Source: Selaginella moellendorffii (taxonomy: Eukaryota; Plantae; Lycopodiophyta). From it: a DNA stretch of 9,838 bases. Below are positions 1-8,950 of this stretch, in pieces (position 1 is the stretch's first letter; each line of letters opens with the position of its first letter). The notes under the pieces are model-generated. The model searched no databases, was not told the origin of the DNA, and was given only the letters and a program-made list of their open reading frames with translations. The stretch spans positions 1 through 9,838 of the forward strand of contig NW_003314607.1 in assembly GCF_000143415.4 (NCBI RefSeq). Direction: 5' to 3'. The position numbers were made by a program, and so were the translations under genes.

Positions 1-99
1 ACTAAAGAAAAAAGCGAGAGTAAGCTGAGCGGAGGATTGGTTTGATAATCACTTATTATGCTTAGCTTTTGGATTGATACAGATATACTATAGTTTTGC

Positions 100-966
100 A
101 TTATAAAGTTTCACTTTTACATGTGTTGAGAAAGATGTTGTGGGTTGTACCATGATTTCTTCTTTGGTATTGAAGTTAATTCATGCAAGATTCGTAATCA
201 TTATTAGGGAAGACTTAGCTATAAACTTCTTCAAGCTTTTGGTTTTTTAAGTTTTGTTGTGCTCATTATTTTAATTGTTAGAAGTTGTTGGGGGAAGGTA
301 TTTTAGTTTATTAGCTTCAATGTTAAAGTTAGCTTTTGCATTTGGCAATCATAATGATGATTGACTATCATCTAGGATAGTTAATTATCTTTGTCAAAGG
401 TTTTGCTTAATTATTGTTGATGTTGAATAATTGTCATTCTTTGGGATGGTGCTTTGTGGTTTGCTTTGGTTGGTCTCTTGGGGTTGAGATATTGATAAGA
501 TATTGTTGATGCTTGCTTAAGCAACTTGAGTTCTTTAGTATGGTTAACTAAGATTTATTTAAATTGGCTAGTACAATAGTTATCATGAACGAGTGTTTGT
601 TTGCTCTAACTGCCTGTTTGCAATAGTCTATTTAAACCTTACTGACAGGTTTATTTTCTTTACTTAGGAGGGTTGGGACCTTTAGCTTCTCTCTCTATAT
701 CCTTGCAGATAGAGGCATATCACACTTTTGTAAGTTGGGTGACTCTTAGAGAAACAAGAGTGGCTAATTCCATTAATCATTTCCTTGTCAATGATGGTCA
801 GAAGGTGTTTGAGTTGGTGCATTCGTGTTAGACAAAGAAGTTACCCTAACTCATTTAAGTTAGTGCATTTCTTACATAGTGTAAATATTGTGAACTTTTT
901 TTGGAGTTGTTTTCTTAGCGGTGCTCTAGATTGGAGTAGGCATTGACGAGGACATCAATCTTCTCT
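100..966 (+). mobile_element. Highly degenerate Ty3/Gypsy (chromovirus-like) pol 3' end: integrase and probable chromodomain remnants
   Basis: Short motif remnants in the expected order across broken frames: EKDVVGC (128-148, cf. zinc-binding KDV..YV..C), EDLAINFF (209-232, cf. W..ISMDFI), DYH (363-371) ... KVLLNYC*C (397-423, cf. AYHPQTDGQ..NQ.LE.YLRC), RVGTFSFSLY...VSW (669-740, cf. RVG.VAY.L.LP..FHVS), DGQKVFE (793-813, cf. chromodomain DGE.EYEV). These are followed by GAGGAC (948-953) and a PPT/LTR junction typical of chromoviruses. Each motif is weak alone; support comes from their order and position. Confidence 0.5.
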
Positions 967-979
967 AAAGGGGGGAAAG
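967..979 (+). other. Polypurine tract (PPT) of LTR retrotransposon
   Basis: AAAGGGGGGAAAG immediately before TGTCGC, the LTR start at 980, in the context GAGGAC...TAAAGGGGGGAAAG-TG. Confidence 0.75.
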
Positions 980-2079
980 TGTCGCAAATGTAACTTTAGG
1001 TATCGAATGCTATCTGTTAATTAGTCCTTTTAGATATTCTTTCTTTACTACCATGACAGCAAGAGGTTGGTATTGTTGAACCCATTTTTCAGTCTCCGCC
1101 TAAGTTAGTTGAGAAACTACTCTTTACATGTACACTTGACCAAATGAGTATCAAGACAGAATTTCTAAGTGCTATTAATCAAGCATACTTGATCTGGTTA
1201 GAGAAACTCATTCATTGACTTGCACTTACTAGTGTTGGGAACCCTCGTGATATTGAACTTGGTCCCTTAATATTCGCTAGATGATAGTTTACCATGTCTA
1301 CCAAACACCCTTGCTATTATACACCTTATGTTAGTATTATTCGATTCCAAATGCTATTTATGAAAATGTCTAAATTTGCTCATTTGGCATATCTACAGAA
1401 TATAGAGATTATCTTAACCACAATGGTGTTGGTCCTATGTCCAAATTTGTAATCTAGAGACATTCCATATTTAGTAAGTTTCAAGTTAGTTCTAGAGACT
1501 AACTCTTGGTACTAAGGGTGGCTAAGGGTGAAAGCCCAAAGTCTGTGTTCCTCAAGGAGGGGGGTTATCAAGGGTTCTAAATGTATAGTAAGGATAGTGG
1601 GTAGGTCAAGCATGGCCAACCAACCTGAGGCATAGTTTATCTCTTACTTGCATTCGGTTTGAGTCTAAGCCTAAGTTCCATACCATAGTAGTTGGTGGAA
1701 TACCCATATCCTTGCGTTAAGTCATCGGTATTTTGAAATAGTTCTAAACTCCGTTTAGCTTTATTTTGGATGCTAGTCTTGGCATTGGGATGTTAGATAC
1801 TCTAAAACTATTCTTACATCACTTCGTGCTCCTATCCCTTTGCTCTTTAAGCCGAATGCTCAGAACTCACACCATACTCCAGTTCCTTTGCTCCTTGGCT
1901 GCAAGTTTAGGAGTTTGGCTTCGTACGTTCATTTAATGGCCTAAGGCCTTGAAACTCAAGCTTCACTCTATTGTCCATTGGACATGTGGCATGTGGCACA
2001 TGAAGAGTTTAGGTTTTACTTCGTGGTTATTTTATGATAAATCACTATAGGATAAAGGGTGAAAACCACATATGCTACA
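980..2079 (+). mobile_element. 3' LTR (~1100 bp) of the chromovirus-like Gypsy element
   Basis: Starts with TG directly after the PPT and ends with CA. The termini form a 10/12 inverted repeat (TGTCGCAAATGT vs revcomp of end, TGTAGCATATGT). Similarity to the second copy (8689-8950) stops at this CA end. Confidence 0.7.
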
Positions 2080-4134
2080 TGGACTTATTATGCATTTTAT
2101 AAAAACATATATAACGAATTTCATAATAGTGAGTGTGTAATATGCATTTTGCCTAGGTATGATAGTTCTATTAACATCATAAGGTATATCACAAATGATT
2201 TTTTTTTGTATGAAAAAGCATTGTTTTACAAGTGTGAATTTAGTGTATATGCTCGCAAAAAAAAAAAGAAAATAAAAATTTGGAACCTGACAATAGGATG
2301 TAGTGGGGGGATGCTAATAGTGGTTAAAGGTTTGTGGGAGTCACTTTATAATGGACATAATATTGGTTCTGGGATCAAGTAAATATATGACTAACACTCT
2401 CTAAATGTGTATACACTGATAAGTCATTCATTAGAGAGGGGCTGTTTTTTTCAAGAGATCTTAAAGGAGCTCCCTTTGTAACCTTCAACATTGATTGTCA
2501 TGAAAGATTTTAATTTTATCAAAGACAAACAAAATATTTTTATTTGTCACCAAATTTATGTCATAATAATGAGAAACTAGATATTGCTATAGAGTATAAA
2601 GACTTCTTGGATCACTGTTTTATTAACAATATTAATCCATAAAGATGTGGAATCAAGAGGCCTACATTAATATAAAAATACACTTTTAAAACACATACAC
2701 TAATTATTGTATAAAAAAATGCTAGGAAGTCAACAAGTTCATGGTTAAAATAACCAGTGAGCTCTATGAAAAAAACATAGAATAAGTGAAGGAGAACATT
2801 TTAAAAAATACAAGTCATTAAAAGGAACATATAAGCTATCAAAATATTGATTAAGAAACAACTAAAAGGTTCTACATTTTAAACCTAACTATCAAAAATA
2901 AAGGAGTAATTATTTAATTTAGAAGTGGAAAAAATGGAAGCATTCATTAAATCTAGATATTTAAGATGGCTTATTAGTGAAAAATTGTTAAATAAGGAAT
3001 TTTACAAGTCAATAAGGATAATTATGATATGATGCACATAAACCTCCAAAAAATGCACAAAATAGTGAAATATTATTAATAGCTAAAAACACTTTTTTCA
3101 AGTGTATCTCCGCCATGTTAGGTATATAGGACATGATTATGTAATCGAAAAGCTACATAGGTTTTTTTATTGATACGATATGATATTATCCAGTATATAT
3201 GTAACTACTTTTGGTGCTAAACTAAGCAAACCCTTAAAGTAAAAACATTAGGATTGGATTGGGCCAAAGTTATTATACATATAGAACAATATGATACCGA
3301 TGGAAAGATGGCCACATTGAGCAATTGTTAAGATTATATCACTTATACATGGTGATGTAGCTCTTATCAGGAGGCTAGAAATGGCACAACATTGACAATT
3401 TTTAGCCTTTATAATCAATATTTATAAATTTAATTAAGTTTAATTATAATTTATATTACTTAACTTCCTTTTGTGTTTCCTTCTCATCATTTTCTTGTAA
3501 TCAAATTTTATTGAGATTGATTTTTTATCATAAATGATACAAGGGGATTGCCATTAGCAATAACATTATCTCAATTATAGTTATTACGTGGATTTACAAG
3601 ATTGTGTTTTTTATATCAAAACTGATAAATAAGTATATATATTTTTAAAAAGGATGCAAACAAGAAGTATATTAAAAAATTTAGAAAATATTGTTGTTCT
3701 TCATGTTACCATCATTTTATATTAAACTAAATATTTAACTTATAATTTTTTAAATAATATAAAAATTAAAGTATTTTATTACTTTCATTTTGAATAAAAT
3801 ATTTTTTAATTTTTTTAAATTTCCCTTTATCATCTACATATCAGAAATATTTCGAAATAAATATTTAGATAAATATGTAAAACTTGATGGTAGATTAGCA
3901 TACACCTGATACTTATTAAACTCAAGATGGCAAAAGTTCAAAAACAATTTACAGATAAGAGACGGACTTTATCACTATTTTATGCTTTAGTGAAATTTCC
4001 TGCAATCTTGACCGTACTTCCTTGTTTTCAGCAGATTGACCTAGGTCATGGATTGCATGCCTCTCCTGGGGACTCTTGGACCTGGAGCACATCTCCATGG
4101 CAGTTCCCTTCATGATCTCTGCACTAACATTACC

Positions 4135-4199
4135 CAAAAGGAATGTCTACCCTAAACTCTCTCTTATAACACTCTCCCGTACGTTCTCGGATTGTACCA
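4135..4199 (+). mobile_element. 3' end of a 5' LTR of a Tat/Ogre-like Gypsy element (LTR start uncertain, possibly 3888)
   Basis: Ends ...GTACCA, 3 nt before a PBS. Matches 5581-5658: 21/23 identity over CAAAAGGAATGTCTACCCTAAAC, plus shared CGTACGTTCT and ACCA end. TGGTAGATT at 3888 is a 7/9 inverted match to the end, near where base composition shifts. Confidence 0.6.
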
Positions 4200-4202
4200 G
4201 TT

Positions 4203-4219
4203 TGGCGACTGACTGGGGA
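4203..4219 (+). other. Primer binding site, tRNA-Arg type
   Basis: TGGCGACTGACTGGGGA, versus TGGCGACTCCACTGGGGA (complement of the plant tRNA-Arg(ACG) 3' end, the Ogre-type PBS, as recalled): one gap and one mismatch, correctly placed after an LTR-terminal CA. Confidence 0.7.
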
Positions 4220-4438
4220 AAGCACGTCCCAAGTGCGCAGATACTAAGAGATTCAGTGTTGATGGTGTGCAACTCTCAAGGGGCGAATGAGTCTCAATCC
4301 CAAGTGATTGGAGGTCCAAAGTCAAAGATTCTGAGGTAGCATCGATGTTCAAGCTCCGAGGCAATGGTATGAAAGAAAGACAATAAGCACAGAAAGGCAT
4401 CACACAAATTTTCCCGTGTCTCATCCATCCTTGAAGCA

Positions 4439-4891
4439 NNNNNNNNNNNNNNNNNNNNNNNNNNNNNNNNNNNNNNNNNNNNNNNNNNNNNNNNNNNNNN
4501 NNNNNNNNNNNNNNNNNNNNNNNNNNNNNNNNNNNNNNNNNNNNNNNNNNNNNNNNNNNNNNNNNNNNNNNNNNNNNNNNNNNNNNNNNNNNNNNNNNNN
4601 NNNNNNNNNNNNNNNNNNNNNNNNNNNNNNNNNNNNNNNNNNNNNNNNNNNNNNNNNNNNNNNNNNNNNNNNNNNNNNNNNNNNNNNNNNNNNNNNNNNN
4701 NNNNNNNNNNNNNNNNNNNNNNNNNNNNNNNNNNNNNNNNNNNNNNNNNNNNNNNNNNNNNNNNNNNNNNNNNNNNNNNNNNNNNNNNNNNNNNNNNNNN
4801 NNNNNNNNNNNNNNNNNNNNNNNNNNNNNNNNNNNNNNNNNNNNNNNNNNNNNNNNNNNNNNNNNNNNNNNNNNNNNNNNNNNNNNNNNNN
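4439..4891. other. Assembly gap (453 N)
   Basis: Run of N characters. Confidence 1.
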
Positions 4892-4936
4892 ACTCACAGC
4901 ATTAAAAGAATAGAAACGAAACGTGAACTGTACCAG

Positions 4937-5260
4937 TTAAAAGAAATACCGTTTGAGATGAACTCCATTGATTGGCTTCGGTGGTTTCCTGCCCGTCAAC
5001 TCTGCTAGCCAATACGAATTAGTGCCAGCACGAGAAAGTACCTGATAAGGACCAATCCAAGAAGGCTGGAACTTGGCAAAGTGATGCACAGCCGTATCAA
5101 GTCGCCACACAGGACGAATTTACGAATATAAGACTGAAAGCGCTGGTTAAACTGCCGCAGCGGTTCTGGTGGTTGTTGTCCAATGAGATCAAGCTCGTCC
5201 TTGCTCTCCAGAACTTCAAACCTCGTCACAAAAAGTTTGGTCAGTGAGTCGAGAAGTCAA
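4937..5260 (-). mobile_element. Ty3/Gypsy (Athila/Tat-type) integrase C-terminal fragment with GPY/F motif, frameshifted
   Basis: Minus-strand translation: LTSRLTDQTF/VTRFEVLESKDELDLIGQQ...FNQRFQSYIRKFVLCGDL [frameshift ~5099] DTAVHHFAKFQPSWIGPYQVLSRAGTNSYWLAELTGRKPPKPINGVHLKRYFF* (GPY 5053-5045; stop 4939-4937). This matches the known pattern GDLVL...KF.P.W.GPY...Y.L....G....P.N...LK.Y. Confidence 0.85.
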
Positions 5261-5578
5261 GAAAGAAAGACCTAACACTTTCCTTTCATCAATGTGTCCA
5301 GGGATGATAGCCACTGTGTGCGCATCCAAAGCTCTCAAATTCTGCCCAAGCACTGCTGTCCCAGCCATCGTTTTGTTTTCTCAGTCCAGGACATCACACC
5401 CTCCCCCCAGGGGCATCCTGGATGCATGCGAAGCAGAATTTCCTCTCTTCCTACCAAGAAGGACACGACCCCAAATCACGAACGATCCCCACATCATGAC
5501 CCATACCTCGCAACCTTGAGCTCGTTCCCGGCGGTAGCAGAAAAGATGCGCCAAATGCCTCATTTCTTGAAAATGGGG

Positions 5579-5658
5579 TACAAAAAGAATGCCTACCCTA
5601 AACACTTTCTCTCTCTAGTACAGATCACCCCGTATCGTACGTTCTAGAAAGCCAACCA
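5579..5658 (+). mobile_element. Second, diverged LTR 3' end related to 4135-4199
   Basis: TATA-like TACAAAAAG, then GAATGCCTACCCTAAAC, a CT-rich tract, CGTACGTTCT and a terminal ACCA; alignable with gaps to 4135-4199. The 5' boundary was not located. Confidence 0.5.
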
Positions 5659-5810
5659 GTCCATAGTTGTGGGAACACTGCTGTTTAGCTGGTACCTCCG
5701 TTTGCTGATGGTAGCAACTGCCATTTCCCTGTTCTTGGGAGAAAAGTGCGATACACTATTAGTACCACTCAATGGAGTGAACATGATGATAGCTGATAGG
5801 AAAATCTGCA

Positions 5811-6881
5811 TCAACATCGGTTCGAATTATAGTTAGCGAAGAGATAGCGGACTATTTGTATGCCAGTGTTGGGATCAACTAGTGGAACCTGTTCTTGACA
5901 ATGATAATGAAGGGAAAAAATAGACCAAAAGGTTACCTGTGTTGAACCTGAGATTTGCTTGAGCTTGGAGCAATTAAGTGACCCTTTGCCCGTGTTCCAG
6001 AGGATGTAAGGAAGTTCCAGGTCGCACAGGGCTTCTCTTAGCAGCCTTGCAAACTACCAAAAACTTTTAGAATTCTTTGAAAACAAAGCACTTTACATGG
6101 TTGTTCAAGTAGAGCTCAAGTAGCTTCTGTGGAGGATTTGGCAATGCTCCATTCCACAGTGACATGCCTCCCCCTGCTCGTATTATTGTCGGCACCCAGC
6201 CAGTGACTAAAGTGCTGGAACACACTATGATGAAATACCGAAGAGTTTACACTTCAATAAAACTTCTTACCTTTCTAAAATCCCGAATGTTGGCTTGCTT
6301 CTCTCACCATATTCCTGGAACAAGTAGTTGACAATATCGGCTGCCAGAGGCATTCATGCAAGCTGATTGTGATGGAAAGAAAACGAGAAAGTTACTCACA
6401 GCTCTCGTACATTGACACGCCGGTGTTTGGATCCAAGACAAATGAAAACCTGTCATATTCGATGAGAATTTGTTACAGACAAGAGTGTATCACTTACTGC
6501 TCTTTGCCTCCAGACGATTCACAAACGCACGATGGACTCGAGATCCTATGGGGCACGGATACAACTACACAAAAATTGAAAAAGTTTCCATCTGCAACTT
6601 CCGCGAGACACTACCTCGGCAGAAAGATCGTGCTTCTCTCACTCGTCTACAGAAGGGACAGGCCTCTATATACAAACAAGAAAAATCAACAAACAACTGC
6701 AATACGAGAGTTTAAGCTTACCGAATTCGTAAAGCTTGAAGAGCTCAAGTTGAAGATACGATCTGTGTCTTGACGTTCTCTGCCAAGCTTGCAATTCCCC
6801 AAGACAGAAGATGTTTGATGGCAGAAAAAAAAGATAATTACATACCCATATGAGCTTGAGTAGCTGAAAAAGGAAGCCCAT
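5811..6881 (-). pseudogene. Degenerate, 5'-truncated GST2N / tandem GST-N thioredoxin-fold gene (Arabidopsis At4g10000-like)
   Basis: Exons (minus strand): 6881-6722 (..LLKLIW..LELFKLYEF), 6665-6615 (EACPFCRRVREA/DLSAE), 6564-6498 (LYPCPIGSRVHRAFV/SSGGKEQ), 6449-6400 (FSFVLDPNTGVSMYES), 6340-6271 (SDIVNYLFQEYGERSKPTFGILE), 6214-6097 (STLVTGWVPTIIRAGGGMSLWNGALPNPPQKLLELYLNNH), 6053-5937 (FARLLREALCDLELPYILWNTGKGSLNCSKLKQISGSTQ), 5888-5811 (VPLVDPNTGIQIVRYLFANYNSNRC*). There are seven GT-AG introns of 56, 50, 48, 59, 56, 43 and 48 nt. The translation is collinear with the recalled At4g10000 sequence (LFEFEACPFCRRVREA..DPNT..MYES.DIV.YLF..LESTL.TGW.PT..RAGRGMSLW..REALCELELPYIL..VPFLVDPNTG). Lesions: ~11-nt loss at 6630, 1-nt loss at ~6519, in-frame losses near 6110, 5882 and 5855, and larger losses in 6845-6750. 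Confidence 0.9.
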
Positions 6882-7468
6882 TCCACATTCGATCACATAG
6901 ATGAAGACTCTCCAGCGATTGCATCTCAACTATAACAACATATCAGGTAGCATTCGAAGAGGATTTAGTCAGCTGGATCGTCTGGAGATATTTGATTTGA
7001 GTGACAACAAACTCAGCAATGAAGTTCCTCCACTGGATAAGTGCAACAACCTTGGTTATCTCGACCTCCATGGAAACTCGATACAGAGCAAGGTGCCAAC
7101 TTTTGGTGCACCTGCCTTACGTGGATCTCTGTGAACAAGTTCCACAGAGAGATCAGCTCAAGGCTAGCGAACTGCTTATACCTCAAAGTGGTCAACTTTG
7201 CACAAAACAATCTCACAGGCCCGCTTGAGCTGATGAAGTTGACAAGTTTGTTCTCCTTTGTCATATCCAACAAGTTGAGTGGCAACATTCCAGTAAAAAG
7301 CTTGAATTCCACATACCTCAGATATAGTGGAAACCAATCCACAAGGTGTGATCCCCCAAGAAATTTGCAGCTGGATTATGATCCTGTCTTTTGCATACAA
7401 CAGGCTCATTCTCTCCAGATTGAAAATTCTTTATGATCAGTCTTTTAACTCAACATGGCAGGATCCTT
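6877..7468 (+). pseudogene. Fragment of a plant extracellular LRR gene (LRR-RLK/RLP type), about 8-9 decayed 24-aa repeats
   Basis: PIPHSIT*MKTLQRLHLNYNNISG / SIRRGFSQLDRLEIFDLSDNKLSN / EVPPLDKCNNLGYLDLHGNSIQS / KVPTFG [fs ~7106] CTCLTWISVNKFHR / EISSRLANCLYLKVVNFAQNNLTG / PLELMKLTSLFSFVISNKLSG / NIP..SGNQ [fs ~7344] GVIPQEICSWIMILSFAYNRL..LSRLKILYDQSFN. This fits LxxLxxLxLxxNxLsGxIP. There is an in-frame stop at 6898-6900; no signal peptide, transmembrane segment or kinase domain was seen. Confidence 0.88.
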
Positions 7469-7974
7469 TAATATTTGATTAATTGATTGATTGATTTATT
7501 TATTTAATACTTGTTTTATGATTTTCCTTTAATGTTTGGAATGGTTCAAACCACTTATTTGGTTTTCCATTGGGATTCCAAGGCAAATGGAACCTTTCCA
7601 TTGCCTCCTTGTGGATATGGAACCAAAGATCACTTTGAGCACTTTGCAAGTCATATCAAAAGCTAGGAATTTGCATTTGGCTGTTTGTGGCAGCAATCAA
7701 GGCGTGTGTGGTATTGGTTACATTTCAGGAATTATGTTTTGATCGGTAAGACACAAATCCCTAAGCACCAAAATGGAGTTGAAAATGTATCATGTGACAA
7801 TGGCTAAAGTGGAAGTTCAACTAAAAGTTTCAACTCAAAAAGTTGAAAATGGGAGTGGAACTCCCAAAAAAGTGTTTGAGGAATGAGCATAAAGTGATTG
7901 ATGAAGTAAGTCTTTAAAACAAAATGCAAAAAAACTAACACATGGTAAATGTTATAAGACATAAAAGTGTCAAA

Positions 7975-8192
7975 ACCAAATCTGAGACTTAGTCTAAGAC
8001 TGAGTTTAAGACTGATTTCAAGTCTGATACTGAGTCTGAGACCGAGTCCAAAATTAAGTCTGAGAAATGAAGGTTGAGAATAGGTTTGAGAGGGAGTCCA
8101 AATTCAAATTCAAATCCGAGAGCGAGATTGAGATTGAAACTAAGACTAAGGACAAGACCAAGACTGAGACTGAAACCAAGACTAAATCCAAG
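7975..8192. repeat. Degenerate hexamer tandem repeat, ~36 units, consensus (A/T)C(C/T)(G/A)AG
   Basis: Units include TCTGAG ACTTAG TCTAAG ACTGAG ... TCTGAG ACCGAG TCCAAA ... TCCGAG AGCGAG ATTGAG ... ACCAAG ACTGAG ACTGAA ACCAAG ACTAAA TCCAAG. It explains the low-complexity ORF at 8067-8306. Confidence 0.85.
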
Positions 8193-8688
8193 GGTGAAAG
8201 CCTAAACCGATTTTCTCCAGGTTTAATAAATCCCTACAAAGTGGAATTAGTGAGGCTAAAAAAGGTTAATATGACTAAGGAAGACATGTGGTGGAAAATG
8301 ATATAATTATTAAAGAGTCCAAGGGTAAAATGAATATGGATAAATAAATGGGGTGATTTGATGAAGTATTTAATAGTTGTGAAAGATCAAATGATTAATG
8401 TTCCTAATTCAAGTATGAGTGGCATTGTCTTGTATGGTTCATTAGAAACTTGCTTTAGCCACATGGTTAGGAGTACCCATGCACATGAGACTCACATTGA
8501 GTTGCAATATTTCGAATTATCATTCTAAAGTTTTAAATTATGGAAAGCAAAAGGAATAATTCTTTTGTTTAGTGACCAAAGGTATAGTTACATAATGAAG
8601 AAGTATCAAAGGTTAGTAAAATTTAGTGGATAGGCATTCAAGCTTTAAATTAATAGTGGTGGTGGTGAACACTACTATGAACAGTGAG

Positions 8689-8950
8689 TATAGCATACAT
8701 GATTTTCAGCCTTTATTCTATAGTGATTTACCATAGGATAACCACAAAGCAGAACTTATCCTTTTATATACCACATGCCATGTACCATGTGTCTAGGGAT
8801 AGTGGATTAGAACTTGAGTTTTAGGGCCTTGGGCCACTAAATGAAAGGACAGAGCCTAACTCCCAAATTTAAAGCCAAGGAACAAAAGAATTAGAGCATA
8901 GAATGACTCTTGAGCATTTAGCCCAAGGAGTGAAGGGACAAGAGCATAGA
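8689..8950 (-). mobile_element. Partial inverted copy of the 980-2079 LTR (3' ~260 bp)
   Basis: The reverse complement aligns to ~1822-2079. Hand counts: 50/60 identity (8691-8750 vs 2018-2077) and 47/60 (8821-8880 vs 1893-1952), mostly transitions. The end reads GCTATA instead of GCTACA. Confidence 0.85.
8761..8770 (-). promoter_or_regulatory. Putative LTR TATA box
   Basis: TATATAAAAG on the minus strand ~75-80 nt before the LTR end, followed by AATAAA (8717-8712). Both motifs are mutated in the left copy (CACATGAAGAG, GATAAA). Confidence 0.45.

Noticed and set aside
1521-1543. GGGT-GAAA-GCCC hairpin (similar at ~2057 and ~8192) as a hammerhead ribozyme/retrozyme
   Set aside because: No CTGANGA core or flanking stems, and a 13-nt match within 10 kb can occur by chance.
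2059-2382. 107-aa ORF
   Set aside because: GTG start, AT-rich with homopolymer runs, no motif, and it straddles the LTR end.
2400-3880. AT-rich tract (also 9240-9838) as a MITE or Helitron
   Set aside because: No terminal inverted repeats, target-site duplication, or hairpin-CTRR end could be supported.
4416-4913. 165-aa and 158-aa ORFs
   Set aside because: Artefacts of the N gap.
5244-5647. Overlapping 91-, 117- and 74-aa ORFs
   Set aside because: GC-richer, probably LTR-derived sequence with no protein motif.
3888-5658. Intact TRIM-like element
   Set aside because: The flanks (CTTGA / GTCCA) are not a target-site duplication, and LTR similarity is limited to the last ~70 bp.
5659-5676. 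GTCCATAGTTGTGGGAAC as a degenerate tRNA-Lys PBS after the second LTR end
   Set aside because: It lacks the initial TGG; only the tail resembles a PBS.
6369-6773. 134-aa and 81-aa plus-strand ORFs
   Set aside because: Antisense shadows across GST2N exons and introns; no recognisable motif.
8067-8306. 79-aa K/T/E-rich ORF
   Set aside because: A by-product of the hexamer repeat.
8660-8688. PBS or self-priming site after the minus-strand LTR copy
   Set aside because: No TGG-initiated tRNA complement and no complementarity to the presumed R region.
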